From Octopus bimaculoides (lineage: Eukaryota), in the NCBI RefSeq assembly GCF_001194135.2, contig NC_068982.1, forward strand, positions 30,017,056-30,081,055: DNA of 64,000 nt, read 5' to 3'. A program made the position numbers and the translations under genes. Below the pieces are notes generated by a model that did no database searches, had not been told where the DNA came from, and worked only from the letters and a program-made list of their open reading frames with translations. Positions 1-12,134 of this stretch are shown here, piece after piece (positions within the stretch are counted from its first letter, which is position 1; each line of letters starts with the position of its first letter).

Positions 1-205
1 TATATAGTTTTATATATAAAAACACATTCAAACATTAATCGAAGCATCATGCAATACCTTTAAGCTGATTATGTAGATTTTTTTTTGATTGACTTGAGGG
101 CAATTAAATCGAAATGTTGCAGTCACTTCTAACCTTTACCTTATAAAAATACTGCATTTGTGTGTGTGTGTGTGGTGTGGGTGGGTTTAAAATGTCATAA
201 TTATA

Positions 206-632
206 TCTTTCACTTGTTTCAATCATTGGGCTGTGGCCATGCTGGGGCACCGCTTTAAAGAGTTTTGGTCAAATCAATTGACCCCAGTACTTGTTTTTAG
301 TGGTTTTAAGTCTGGTACTTATTCTGACGGTCGCTTTTGCTGAACTGCTAAGTTACGGGGGACATAAACAAGCCGACACTAATTGTCAGGCATTGGTGAA
401 GTACAAGCACAGCTGTAAAGACACACACAGACACATATGCATATATGTATATATATATATATATATATGATGGGTTTCTTTTAGTTTCCATCTACCAAAT
501 CAACTGACAAGGCTTTGGTCAACCAGAGGCTATAGTAGAAGACACTTGCCCAAGGTGCCACGCGGTGGGAGTGAACCTGGAACCATATGGTTGGAAAACA
601 AGCTTCTTCCAACAGAACCATACCTGTGCCTA
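206..632 (-). mobile_element. SINE family A (tRNA-derived, internal (TA)/(CA) microsatellite)
   Basis: Family head TGGCTGTGTGG (A box) and GTTCAGTCC (B box); 3' end CAGCATGGCC...GAAACAAGTAAAAGA; more than 20 full or partial copies. Confidence 0.85.
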
Positions 633-647
633 TATTCTTTTATTTTT

Positions 648-834
648 TTTTATTTGTTTCAGTCATTTGACTGCGATCATGCTGGAGCACCGCCTTTAGT
701 CGAGCAAATCGACCCTAGGACTTATTCTTTGTAAGCCTAGTAGTTATTCTATCGGTTTCTTTTGCCGAACTAACTTACGGGGATGTAAACACGCTAACAT
801 CAGTTGTCAAGCAATGGTGGGGGGACAAACACAG

Positions 835-900
<66 letters not shown>

Positions 901-1050
901 GCGACGGGCGTCTTTCAGTTTCCATCTACAAAATCCACTCACAAGGCTTTAGTTGACCTGAGGCTATAGTAGAAGACACTTGCTCAAAGTGCCACACAGT
1001 GGGGCTGAACCCTGGACCATGTGGTTGGTAAGCAAGCTACTTACTGCACA
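648..1050 (-). mobile_element. SINE family A
   Basis: Homologous to the other family-A copies. Confidence 0.85.
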
Positions 1051-1511
1051 ATAAAGCAAACTATATCTACATGCCTTATATTTACTGATAACTTTTGATA
1101 TTTATTGATGGAATAAACTACTGGAGCCAACGAAAATGTAAAAGCCTATATAGGTTGCCTTCTGGAAAATATATGAATAGACTTATGATGATTATTGAAT
1201 GGTCTAATCAATGAATATAATTTGACCTAGTTAACTTTGTAATTATCATGCAGGTGGTATATGAAAGAAATTCAAATATAATTTGGAACTAAATACCTAT
1301 GTGTCAAATAGCCATTTCTGTGATTATCACTTGTCAGAATTCTTTGTGGATGTTGTGTGTTAGTATGATGAATTGTCTTCTGGGAGTTGGAATTAGAATT
1401 GACAGCTGTAAGTTGTAGTAGTAGTAGTAGCGGTAGTAGTAGCATGGGGCATATGCTGTAACAGTACATTGCTGCATCCACAGTGCGTTGCCGCATATTG
1501 ATACCCCCCCC

Positions 1512-1562
<51 letters not shown>

Positions 1563-1787
1563 TTTGTGTAGCTTAGTCTTGATATTGCATGAAAATTGTA
1601 AATGATTGTCACTGTCATACAAGCGGTGTGTTGTTCATTTCCCATATTGTATGGAAACATGCCTAGCAATGGGGGAAATATTACCTTGCTTGGAAACAGG
1701 TGAGAGTCAGTAACAGGAAGGGCATCCAGCTGTAGAAAATCTGCCTCAATGAACTCTGTCTAACCCATGTGTGCATGGAAAAGTGGA

Positions 1788-2160
1788 CAGGAGTGGCTGT
1801 ATGGCAAGTAGCTTGCTTACCAACCACATGGTTCCGGGTTCAGCCCCACTCCGTGGCACCTTGGGCAAGTGTCTTCTACTATAGCCTCGGGCTGACCAAA
1901 GCCTTGTGAATGGATTTAGTAGATGGAAACTGAAAGAAGCCCGTATATATGTATGTGTGTTTGTGTATCTGTGTTTGTCCCCCCACCATCGCTTGACAAC
2001 CGATGTTAGTGTGTTTACGTCCCTTTAACTTAGCGGTTCGGCAAAAGAGACCGCTAGAATAAGTACTAGGCTTACAAAGAATAAATCCTGGGATCGATTT
2101 GCTTGACTAAAGGCGGTGCTCCAGCATGGCCGTAGTCAAATGACTGAAACAAGTAAAAGA
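1788..2160 (+). mobile_element. SINE family A, inserted at the 3' end of a family-E copy (1605-1787)
   Basis: Near-consensus full copy. Confidence 0.9.
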
Positions 2161-3326
2161 GTATTAAAATGATGATGAGGAAGAGGAGGTGAATTATGAT
2201 ACAGGGAAAGTTAAAGTGATATCATTTCTTAAATAAGGAATCTGGAAACTCTTTGATTGACTCATCTAGAATACAGCAAACTATTGGACATTCTATATTT
2301 GTGTCATCATTCTTGAAGTTCATGTTGTCAGTAAGTTACCAGTGACTCACAAATCTTTGCATTCCTTATGTCTTGGATAAACAGTTTTTATTTTAAACTG
2401 GCATTACATATTAGAAAGAATCCTTTTCAATTTCTCATTTGTGTTTTTCTTTTAAATTGATACTATACATGTCTGGATGTGTATGTTTGTGTTTATGTGC
2501 TTGTTTTGATTTCTGTTTGTCTGTAGAGCTGCTTGGAATTGGCTTGGCATAACAGCCAGGCTTGTTGTGTATTAACTGATGGATTCTTTCCAGCAACCAA
2601 TCTGTAGTTTAATAACTGTTGTTATAATTGTCCTAAGCACTTGTGACTGACAATAATGCCAAGATGGAATGTCAACACAAAAGTCTATTGTTTGTAATTG
2701 CTTTGGAATTTTTGTTCCTGGCCAAAGTGTGATGAAACCTATTGAAGAAAGCTATCTTTTGTCACATTTCCTCTCCTCATTTTCAGCAGCAGCTCTGTGA
2801 AAATTGTATTCTGGTCTACCCATTGTCTTTTGTTTTCCTGCCTTCTTCATATATCCCTTCTTCTTTTCCCTCTCTGATTACAACTCTATGACAGCTGCAT
2901 CACAAAAGTAGATGGAAAAGTTCTCCTCCCCAACACACTTTTTTTTCTTTTTTTTTTTTTTCCATTTCTAAATTTCCTTTCTAATTTCATTTTAACATTA
3001 CACAGTTTGGGAAGATTTCTGAGTTCTTTTCTATTATGGTTGATTTCAAGATCTTAGGAAGGAAACAGTATGGGGTAGTACATGTGCATTCGTGAATATT
3101 TAATCATTTTATGTAGTTTAATCAACAACAATAGCAACAGAACAAGTCAAGTGAACCAGCACATGGTCATTCAATGTGCTAGAAATAGCAGCCAAATATC
3201 TCTCCCAAAATGACAATAAACCATCACTTATTTAGTTGGATATTTAACCAGTTGACTTATAATAAAGGGGTGGAATTGAATCAGTGTATGTGTTAATAAT
3301 GTTGGTATAATAACCTTTTCTAGACA

Positions 3327-3539
3327 TCTTTTATCTTTTACTTGTTTAACAGTCATTGACTGTGGTCATGCTGGAGCTCTGCCTTGAAGGATTTTAGTGA
3401 AACAAATCAACCTCAGTACTTATTTTTTAAAAGCCTGCTACTTATTCTATCAATCTCATTTGCTGATTCACTAAGTTATAGAGACATAAACTGACTGACA
3501 CTAGTTGTCGTATGGTGGTGGGGACAAATGCATGCGCTT

Positions 3540-3592
<53 letters not shown>

Positions 3593-3752
3593 GGGCTTCT
3601 TCCAGTTTCTGTCTAACAAACCCACTCACAAAGCCTCGGTCAGCCCAGAGCTATAGTAGAAGATGCTTGCTCAGGGTGCCACACTAGGACTGAACCTGGA
3701 ACCATGTAATTGGAAGGCAAAGTTCTTACTACACAGCTATGCCTGTGCTTAT
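3327..3752 (-). mobile_element. SINE family A
   Basis: Diverged full copy. Confidence 0.8.
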
Positions 3753-3934
3753 ATTGAACAATGTTAATCTTAGATGGACAAAAAGCTGAGATGATCATGG
3801 CTGGAATGGATTTGATTACAGACTTATTCAATGAGAGATTGACCTGGAGTTAAAGAATAATAGCAGCAATAATATGATCCCAAAAGAGAACCTGTGTGTA
3901 CTTAGTGGGTAAGTGGTGTGGAGGAGGAAAGAAG

Positions 3935-4295
3935 TACAGACACTCTGTATTCTGTTATGTGTTGCAGTATCTCTTCTGGCTCCTTGGGTTTGGGTTCAAA
4001 TCCCATCAAGTTTACCTTTCATCCTTCAGGGCTTCATAAACATAAAACCAGTCTATGATGCTGGAATTATTAGAGAGAGAAAAACAGAATACTTTGCAGT
4101 ATCTGTTCTGGCTACTTGAGTTTTATGTTCAAATCCCATTGATGTCAATTTTACCTTTCATCCTCTTGGGATCCATAAATGAAGTACCAGTCTATGATGG
4201 TGGAATCATTAAAGAGAAGGACAGAACACCTTATGGTATCTGTACTAGTTTCTTGAGTTTTGTGTTCAAATCCCATCAAATTCAACTTTGCCTTT
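3935..4295 (+). repeat. Three tandem ~135-bp units derived from the family-C SINE head
   Basis: GTTCAAATCC at 3994, 4127 and 4264 (periods 133 and 137). Confidence 0.75.
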
Positions 4296-4306
4296 TGTCG
4301 TTCTAA

Positions 4307-4555
4307 GGTTGGTGGCACATAAAAAACACATTTTGAGCATGGCCATTGCCAGTACCGCCTAACTGGCCCTCGTGTCAGTGGCACGTAAAAGCACCCACTA
4401 CACTCTCGGAGTGGTTGGCATTAGGAAGGGCATCCAGCTGTAGAAACTGCCAGATCAGATTGGAGCCTTGTGTAGCCATCTGGTTCACCTGTCCTCAGTC
4501 AAATCGTCCAACCTATGCTAGCATGGAAAGCGGACAGTAAACGATGATGATGATT
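4307..4555 (+). mobile_element. SINE family D (RTE-type 3' tail ending in (GAT)n)
   Basis: GGCACGTAAAAGCACCC...TTAGGAAGGGCATCCAGCTGTAGAAA...GCATGGAAAGCGGAC...GATGATGAT. Confidence 0.85.
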
Positions 4556-4702
4556 AATCTAAGGAAGGAGACTAACAGAATTGGTAGTGCATCAAATGAT
4601 ATACCATGTTGTATTGTTTCCAACTCTTTGCACTCTGAATTCAGATATTGCTATAGCTTATTTGATTACCTGATTTAACATCACAACCTAGTTTTTGATT
4701 AC

Positions 4703-4786
4703 CTTTCTTAGAGTCCGTTGTTGCAATCAGTGAGGCCAGGTCTTCAGTTAATTTTGAGTTGTCTTCTCCCTTGCTTCCCACCAGTA
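4703..4786 (-). other. Candidate 84-nt phase 1-1 exon (xLVGSKGEDNSKLTEDLASLIATTDSKKG)
   Basis: ttttcAG acceptor, AAG|GTAATC donor, open frame, locally higher GC. No homology recognised. Confidence 0.3.
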
Positions 4787-4803
4787 CTGAAAACCCTTTA
4801 AAC

Positions 4804-5080
4804 TGATGGTTCCCAAACTNNNNNNNNNNNNNNNNNNNNNNNNNNNNNNNNNNNNNNNNNNNNNNNNNNNNNNNGTTCCCAGGCCACATTCGTAGAGCCC
4901 CCCCCCTATTCACCACCATAAACGTAGACCATTTTCATCAGTAAATTCAAAATTACTGTATTTCACAAAAAAAAAAAAGACTTAACCTAATTAACTCATT
5001 ATTTTGGCCTCCCTATTATCACCCATCTTTTCCTCAACATGCCTCCAAGGGATCAGCCCCACTCTCTTTGGGAACAACTG
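4804..5080. mobile_element. hAT-Charlie-type MITE spanning a gap
   Basis: Ends TGATGGTTCCCAAA and TTTGGGAACAACTG; TSD CTTTAAAC/CTTTAATC. Confidence 0.6.
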
Positions 5081-5086
5081 CTTTAA

Positions 5087-5307
5087 TCCTTTAGCATTCA
5101 GATTACTCTGTCAGTTGCAATACATATTCATTTATATTGTCTTGAATTATTCGTGCATTATCTCATAGCTATGAGATTTCAGTGATGTGATTGTTTATGA
5201 TTTGAATGACATTTATGGGTAGGTGTGAGAGGTATGATCTGGTCAGTTTGAACACAAAACAGGTAGAACATTTAAAGCCAGTTATGGCTAGTTCAAATGT
5301 TAAAGTG
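5087..5307 (+). mobile_element. TTAA-targeting MITE family 1 (piggyBac-type)
   Basis: TTAA flanks and CCCTTTAGCATT TIR consensus; at least 9 copies in the window. Confidence 0.75.
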
Positions 5308-8047
5308 TTAAATAGTCATGAACACAACCTTCATATTGACCTAGCAAGAAATAGAGTGAGAGAGAGAGAGAGAGAGAGAGGGTAGTGTCCTTAAATGGAG
5401 CTAACCCTCTGCAATCCATAACGTTGATGCATGCAAGAAAGCAAATTCATAGCTGTAGTGTAGAATTGATGAATTATATTTAACTTACACCATGTCGTTT
5501 AACAATATTTTAATTATAATTATGTCTGCAGCTGCTTGATGTTTAATTATTTCATCTTTATAAACAGTCTTGATGTAAAATGGTTTGCGTTGTACTGCAA
5601 TGAACTAATTTTAACTGTAACTTGTCTCAGAAGAAAACCGAGGGAAAGTTTGTCTAGTTTCGAACTAATGTATTAATATTGTCTTTGTTTGCTTTTCATT
5701 GTTGTTGCTATTGCTGTTCAGTTGGAGTGGCTGGCTTATTTCAAGCTTGGGCATGGTGACATTTTTGGAATGATATGAAAACATTCTGTCCTCTTGAAAC
5801 TATATTTGTTTTAGAAGACGGGGAAATATACTAGACATATCACACATAGAGAACGCTGACTTGAGCTAAGATATATAAATTGCATGCATGTAGTTATGTG
5901 TCACTCATTCTTTCTATGTATGTTTGTATGTAATTTGGATGTATGTATGTTATTATGAGTCATATTCACATATTCAATACATGTGGCTTGTAAGGAGGAA
6001 AAAATTTGTAAAAGAACTGATTAAAAAAAAACATTATTTAAGAAACATATAATTCATCTATTTATTTAGTTTTGTATTTGCAATTTATTATTTTGTATGT
6101 TTCTTTGAAATTATGATAGCAATTTTGTTTCCTGCCTCTTTTAATTTCAGAATTTCATTTCATGGCGTTATGAAAAGAAATAATTAATTCTCATGGAATA
6201 GGTTAGCTATAATTGTATGTCTGTTGAATCGGAGAATGTCAGTCTACATTTTAATGATTGGAACCCTCAAAGGATTTCATTCATTATCTAGATCATATGC
6301 CAAAATCAAATATGTTTCTTCTCTCAATATTGTGTTCTTTACACTATGAAATCATTTATTTTAACGAAAATTTATTATTATTATTATCATTTTTTTCCTT
6401 CATATTCAGCTGTAAAGTAAATGATTTGGTAATACCATTCTATTTGACAAATATTTATAAAGATTTAATAAATGCTGTTTGCATTCTTTACATTAAATAT
6501 TCTATTAATTAGTAATATCTTTGCTTAATTATGCTCTGTTCTATGGAAACATGTTTGTTCATCTACCTATCAGTCTATTTGCCTGTGTATCTCTGTCTGT
6601 CTGCCTGTCTGCCTGTCTGCACACATACATACACACACAAACACAAGTGTAAGTATATGTAGTTTTGTAGTAAGATTGTGAGTGTGTATGCATATATATA
6701 TATATATGTATACACACAAACACTTATATGTACATAACATATATATATATATTGAATATAGGTCTCCTGTTTGTTAGTATGTATGACTGAGATGATTAGC
6801 TGTATTTTGTGTGTGTGTGTGCCTATATATATATATATATATNNNNNNNNNNNNNNNNNNNNNNNNNNNNNNNNNNNNNNNNNNNNNNNNNNNNNNNNNN
6901 NNNNNNNNNNNNNNNNNNNNNNNNNNNNNNNNNNNNNNNNNNNNNNNNNNNNNNNNNNNNNNNNNNNNNNNNNNNNNNNNNNNNNNNNNNNNNNNNNNNN
7001 NNNNNNNNNNNNNNNNNNNNNNNNNNNNNNNNNNNNNNNNNNNNNNNNNNNNNNNNNNNNNNNNNNNNNNNNNNNNNNNNNNNNNNNNNNNNNNNNNNNN
7101 NNNNNNNNNNNNNNNNNNNNNNNNNNNNNNNNNNNNNNNNNNNNNNNNNNNNNNNNNNNNNNNNNNNNNNNNNNNNNNNNNNNNNNNNNNNNNNNNNNNN
7201 NNNNNNNNNNNNNNNNNNNNNNNNNNNNNNNNNNNNNNNNNNNNNNNNNNNNNNNNNNNNNNNNNNNNNNNNNNNNNNNNNNNNNNNNNNNNNNNNNNNN
7301 NNNNNNNNNNNNNNNNNNNNNNNNNNNNNNNNNNNNNNNNNNNNNNNNNNNNNNNNNNNNNNNNNNNNNNNNNNNNNNNNNNNNNNNNNNNNNNNNNNNN
7401 NNNNNNNNNNNNNNNNNNNNNNNNNNNNNNNNNNNNNNNNNNNNNNNNNNNNNNNNNNNNNNNNNNNNNATATATATATATATATATATATATATATAAC
7501 ACCTTTGTAAAAACTTGTTCCCTTGTGTTTTTTGTTGTTTTTGTTCTTTCATTTTATTTCCATATGTATGTATGTGTCTATGTATGTATTTGTGTGTGTA
7601 TAATATGTTGGTCTGTGTTAGAGTGAACATTTGTATGAATGTATTTGCACAGATGTTAATGTCTAATTACGAAGGAGACCTATTCTCATAGGTGTTTTTA
7701 AAAATTTAACACAGTGTTTCTGTATTTCTAACATTTAAAGCTTTTAATTTCTTGTATTCCAATGTGTTTCATTGTTGTTTGTTTGAAGCATAGAATTACA
7801 ATTGAATTAATAACTCGTCAAATCTTTTTGTGTCTTTACTTAATACTGAAATGAAATATTTTCACAGAAATTGCTATATCACTTGGTGACAATACTGTTT
7901 CATATTGGCTATACTTACTAACAAACAGGAAACCTATATTTTGCAAACCTGTATTATTCTCAAATTTAACAAAAAAAAAAAAAAAAAAANNNNNNNNNNA
8001 AAAAAAAAAAAAAAAAAAAGTTTTTATATGTTAATGGTATTGCTGTT

Positions 8048-8362
8048 AGATGGTGGTGAGCTGGCAGAGTCATTAGCACACTTGGCATTTTGTCTGTCTT
8101 CAGGTTCTGAGTTCAAATTCCACCAATGGAGTTGATAAAAGAAATTCCAGTTAAGCAAATGAAAAGCACTGGTGATGGTACCATGTAAAAAAAGCGCACC
8201 CAGTACACTCTGTGAAGTGGTTGGTGCTAGGAAGGGCATCCAGCTATAGAAACCAAGCCAAAACAGACTATAGAATCTGGTGTACCCCTGACCTTGCCAG
8301 GTCCTCTCAAACCATCCAACTCATGCCCGCATGGAAAACAGATGGTAAATGATGATGATAGT
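8048..8362 (+). mobile_element. Family-C tRNA head fused to a family-D tail
   Basis: GGTGGTGAGCTGGCAGAGTC...GTTCAAATTCC followed by the family-D tail. Confidence 0.7.
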
Positions 8363-8460
8363 GATCCCTGGGGGTTGATGTAATATATAATAGCTGCTTG
8401 CTTGTATACGAGCAAAGCCATTGCTAGAAAGAAGCATTGATATGAGTCATTGATGATGCA

Positions 8461-8634
8461 ATGTGAAGTCCTTGTATGACTCCTGAGTCCAGCCAAAGAT
8501 TTTCACATTCTATGGCATAATGCACAGCTGTGCTGGCTGGCAGAGAGAACAGGTGCCACAATAGGACTGCTTTTGACGTTCCTTTTCAATCCTCCAACTG
8601 AAAGGAACACTTTTCCACAAGTTGCACATGTTCT
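8461..8634 (-). pseudogene. Degenerate tandem C2H2-type zinc-finger relic
   Basis: RTCATCGKVFLSVGGLKRNVK...HSCALCHRM*KSLAGLRSHTRTSH; in-frame TGA at 8503-05. Confidence 0.6.
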
Positions 8635-9368
8635 GTTGTGAACAATAGCCGTATCACAATTTACAGTGAGTTCTGTGAGGGCTGACCAGGCGTGCATGAC
8701 TCAAACATTTAGGTAACTTGTTTTTGTTTACTCCTACTTTAGGCTGAACAAAAAATTCACCTTAGCACACAAAAACCTCTAGTCCATCCAGCATAACTTG
8801 CACAATAGCAAAGTTCCTGATATCACTTTTCCTATTGAGGATATAAGTTATAAGGTGCCATTTCTTAGATCCAGGGTGTTTTTTTATGAGTACTACGGGA
8901 TTCCTTGAATCCATATATTGTGACTTAAATTTGTATGCATGTATGTATACACGCACACACACACATGTATGATGGACTGCTTATAATTTCTCTCTACCAA
9001 TTCCAATAACAAGTCTTTGGTTGGCCTGGCGCTAGAGAAGGTACTTGTCCAAGGTACCACCTAGTGGGATTGAGCCCAAGACTATGTGGTTGGAAAGCAC
9101 ACCTCTCAAACACAATCACACAGTCATGTCTGTATGTGGGTGTCTGGTTAAGGCACATCTTTCCATCTCTGTTTAGCTATCTACCTGTCTATCTGTCAGT
9201 TTGTCTAATCACAATCTAGCTGTCTGTTTCTTTGTCTGTCTATTCATTCATCCTTCCCTCTTCGACCACCATTTCTTCCTTCAATAATGGATGTTTTACA
9301 TATCTAATAACAGAATTTAAAATATAAACAAAATGTGTATAGATAGATAGATAATGTAACCCTGTGCG

Positions 9369-9414
<46 letters not shown>

Positions 9415-9516
9415 TATTATTTTCTAAAATCCTATATATTTCTGATACGCAAAACTATTTTGTTTCATTTCAGTAAGTACTGCCAAAAACGGCATGCTTA
9501 CTTTAGCAAAACCGAA

Positions 9517-9604
9517 ATGGAATTCCAATGCCTTCATCTTAATTATATATTGGCCCTATTGGTGTTGCACTGTTGGCTTCGGTGGGAAGTTGCTTTCATT
9601 TCTG
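9517..9604 (+). CDS. Candidate first coding exon with signal-peptide-like ORF MEFQCLHLNYILALLVLHCWLRWEVAFIS(G)
   Basis: gaaATGG start context, hydrophobic core, phase-1 donor CTG|GTAAGG at 9605, acceptor tttcatttcAG at 9472-73. A second frame (ATG 9494) is also open. No homology recognised. Confidence 0.3.
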
Positions 9605-9700
9605 GTAAGGAAAGCCAGTCAAGCAAACTTATTATCTGACAGGATAAAATAGAAGAAATCACACGCATTGACAAATTAAATGTGAGAGAAAGACCGAGAG

Positions 9701-9750
<50 letters not shown>

Positions 9751-9963
9751 AGATATGAAGGTAAGGAGATATAGTTTGCTGTTCATTTTCCTTGAGCTAA
9801 TCATACTCTAGCTCTAATGAACCAGAAAATTCTGAGTAATGTAGCAGACCGTTACCTAATTAAACTGATATTTTACCAAGCTCCACCCAATCTTTTGTCA
9901 CTTCTCGTTGGTGACGTGAGAAAATATTTTACCCAAATAAAATTACATTCAATAATAGTAATA

Positions 9964-9999
<36 letters not shown>

Positions 10000-10139
10000 T
10001 GCAGATTAAAAGCAAAATAATAATGATGATGATATGATAGTGGTCATTATCTTTTGTGCTTATCTATATTTTCTTTCAATTTTAGCTTAAAAAAAATTGT
10101 ATTCTCATTTTTGTGCAGTTGTATTTTATAATCAGTATC

Positions 10140-10262
10140 ATTTAATGGCCATTGTCCATGCTGGCATGGGTTGGATGGTTTGACCAGGGCTGGCAAGCTG
10201 GGCCTGCATCAGACTCCAGTTTGATTTGGCATGGCTTCTACAGCTGGATGCCCTTCCTAACG
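10140..10262 (-). mobile_element. 3' tail joined to the RTE fragment (same sequence as the SINE family D tail)
   Basis: TTAGGAAGGGCATCCAGCTGTAGAAGCCATGCC...AACCCATGCCAGCATGGAC...ATGA. Confidence 0.8.
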
Positions 10263-10645
10263 CCCTGTCAACTACATTGTTCCACCACCATGTTACCTTA
10301 GGTTGAGAGGGGACTTTGCACCATCCACAGATCTTGTCAGTAGCTCTTAACAGGTTGTCCTGTAGAAACCTCCAGTTGACTTCCACATCATGTGATGCTA
10401 TATCCCCCTCTATTTCGTCAAAAGCTTCGAGTAATACGTCTCTAAATCTTTGTCCATTCGCAGGATCCTTAAGCTTCCAGACTCTTCTGGTTGTCTTCTG
10501 AGCATCCATTTAACCCTGATCCTGACGTTGCTAACTACTAATCTATGTTGTGGGGTGCATTCTTCACCTGGGAAGGTTTTGTCATTTATAAGTAGCCATC
10601 TTTCCTGTTTACTGGTAAGGATGTTGTCAATTTGGCCGGTTCCTT
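10259..10645 (-). mobile_element. RTE-clade LINE ORF fragment (APE endonuclease C-terminus plus linker), frameshifted and internally deleted
   Basis: QIDNIL...KTFPGEECTPQHRLVVS, then after a frameshift RRVWKLKD...NWRFLQDNLLRATDKICGWCK...KVTWWWNNVVDRA. Confidence 0.85.
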
Positions 10646-10649
10646 CTTC

Positions 10650-10870
10650 GGTCAGAGTGGCCTAGTGAGCTGAAACCCAGACCTGGGAACAAAAGAGCGA
10701 CTCCTGTTCAAATCCCGCTGGAGACAGGATTTTGGAAAGTGGCAGGACACCTAGGACTCAGGACCTAGCTGGGCCCTGGATTCCGTAGTGTGTAAGGTAT
10801 AAGGGCCAAAACACTTATCAGATGGGAATACTTCCTTTGAAGATCTCTCTTGCTGTGCGAGTTTCTGTTA
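10650..10870 (+). mobile_element. tRNA-like Pol III head (SINE or tRNA pseudogene), single copy in this window
   Basis: A-box-like TGGCCTAGTGA (10658) and B-box GTTCAAATCC (10706); GC-richer than its flanks. Confidence 0.5.
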
Positions 10871-11254
10871 TATATATATATTCATCATAAGGACACATTA
10901 AAGTGTCTACCCACTAGAAATGAGAGTTAAAATCCTCATTTGGACCACCAAAAAATTAACACTGAAAATAACAGATTTAACAGTATACAAGCAAATGGAT
11001 CGAAAAATACTCTCACATACCTATATAGCATAAAGCTATATATTTAATGGTACAGGTATATATGTGGGTCAGTTTCTGGTTTGATACAAAAATCTTACCT
11101 TCTTCAGCACATCTTAACCCTTTGAAATACCTTCCCAATCTGCCATGTTGAAATCTGCTGGCGTCCTGAAAGGGTTAGTGCCAAAATGTGGACAGCCTCA
11201 GTGTGAAAAGTGCTGCTGTGTATGTGTGTATGTGTGTGTAAATAAATATGTGTG

Positions 11255-11440
11255 TATGTACATCATTGTCATACAAAGCAAAGTTGTTCATTTTCAGTCT
11301 TCTATGAAAAGCATGTCAACCTATGAGAAAATATTACTTTGCTTGCAAGCAGGAGTGGGTTGATGAGAGGAAAGGCATCTGACTGTAGAAAATCTGCTTC
11401 AACAAAGTGTGAATGACCTATGCAAGCTTGAATGATGAGA
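11255..11440 (+). mobile_element. SINE family E (shares the GAAGGGCATC...GTAGAAAATCTG tail core)
   Basis: Homologous to 1605-1787, 46495-46680, 62295-62510 (minus) and 63395-63570. Confidence 0.65.
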
Positions 11441-11853
11441 ATAATTAATCCTTTCGAAGTTGTCTTTCTAATATTTCTAATGAGTGGCCTGCCTGTATGT
11501 TTCAGTTGATTTTCAGTATAATACAGATTTCAGAGTGGTGTAGTAAAATATCTATAACTTTATTTATTGGCATATTACACTGTTATTCACCGACTCACTG
11601 AAGTCTCATGTTATCATTTGTTATGAGATTCTGATTAAAATCTCAGTTTAAATACGAATGCTTAATTGCAGTACTGTCTTAGTTGAATTGGTATCAGGAA
11701 GGTTAATCCTTATCAAGCTAACCAGTCATAATGGAAACTCCCTATATTATTACAACTGATGAGAGAGAGAGAGAGGGGGGGATCAACAGAAAACTGATTG
11801 CTGCAACAGCAGTATTCTACACAAAAGGCACAAAATCTATTGACTATCAGAAC

Positions 11854-12134
11854 AAGGGCTGTGGAGTCGATACAAAAAACTTTGACTCCGACTCCTCTAC
11901 TATTGGCACCACCAACTCCTACTGAAACTCCGCTTTATGTAATTAAGTGATTGTGGTCTACATATCTCATAAAGCATATGCATATACTTGTACTTTGAGT
12001 AGCCCTATATGTTTTAACTGGTTTATATTAAAGAAGGAAGATATTGTGAATTGGAGTCGGGGTTGGTATAGTTTTTTCGACTCCTACTCCTCCTTAATTG
12101 TTTCCGACTCCACGGCTCCAACTCCACAGCCCCG
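11854..12134. mobile_element. hAT-type MITE
   Basis: TIR core GGGCTGTGGAGT; 8-bp TSD ATCAGAAC/ATCAAAAC; GACTCC subterminal repeats. Confidence 0.8.

Noticed and set aside
1338-1407. 70-nt AG...GTAAGT pseudo-exon; similar cases at 6151-6200, 49832-49916 (minus) and from 51265
   Set aside because: Such sites are expected by chance many times in 64 kb of AT-rich DNA; no independent support.
1788-1860. tRNA genes at SINE heads
   Set aside because: A and B boxes are present but there is no acceptor-stem cloverleaf, and the heads continue into multi-copy SINE bodies.
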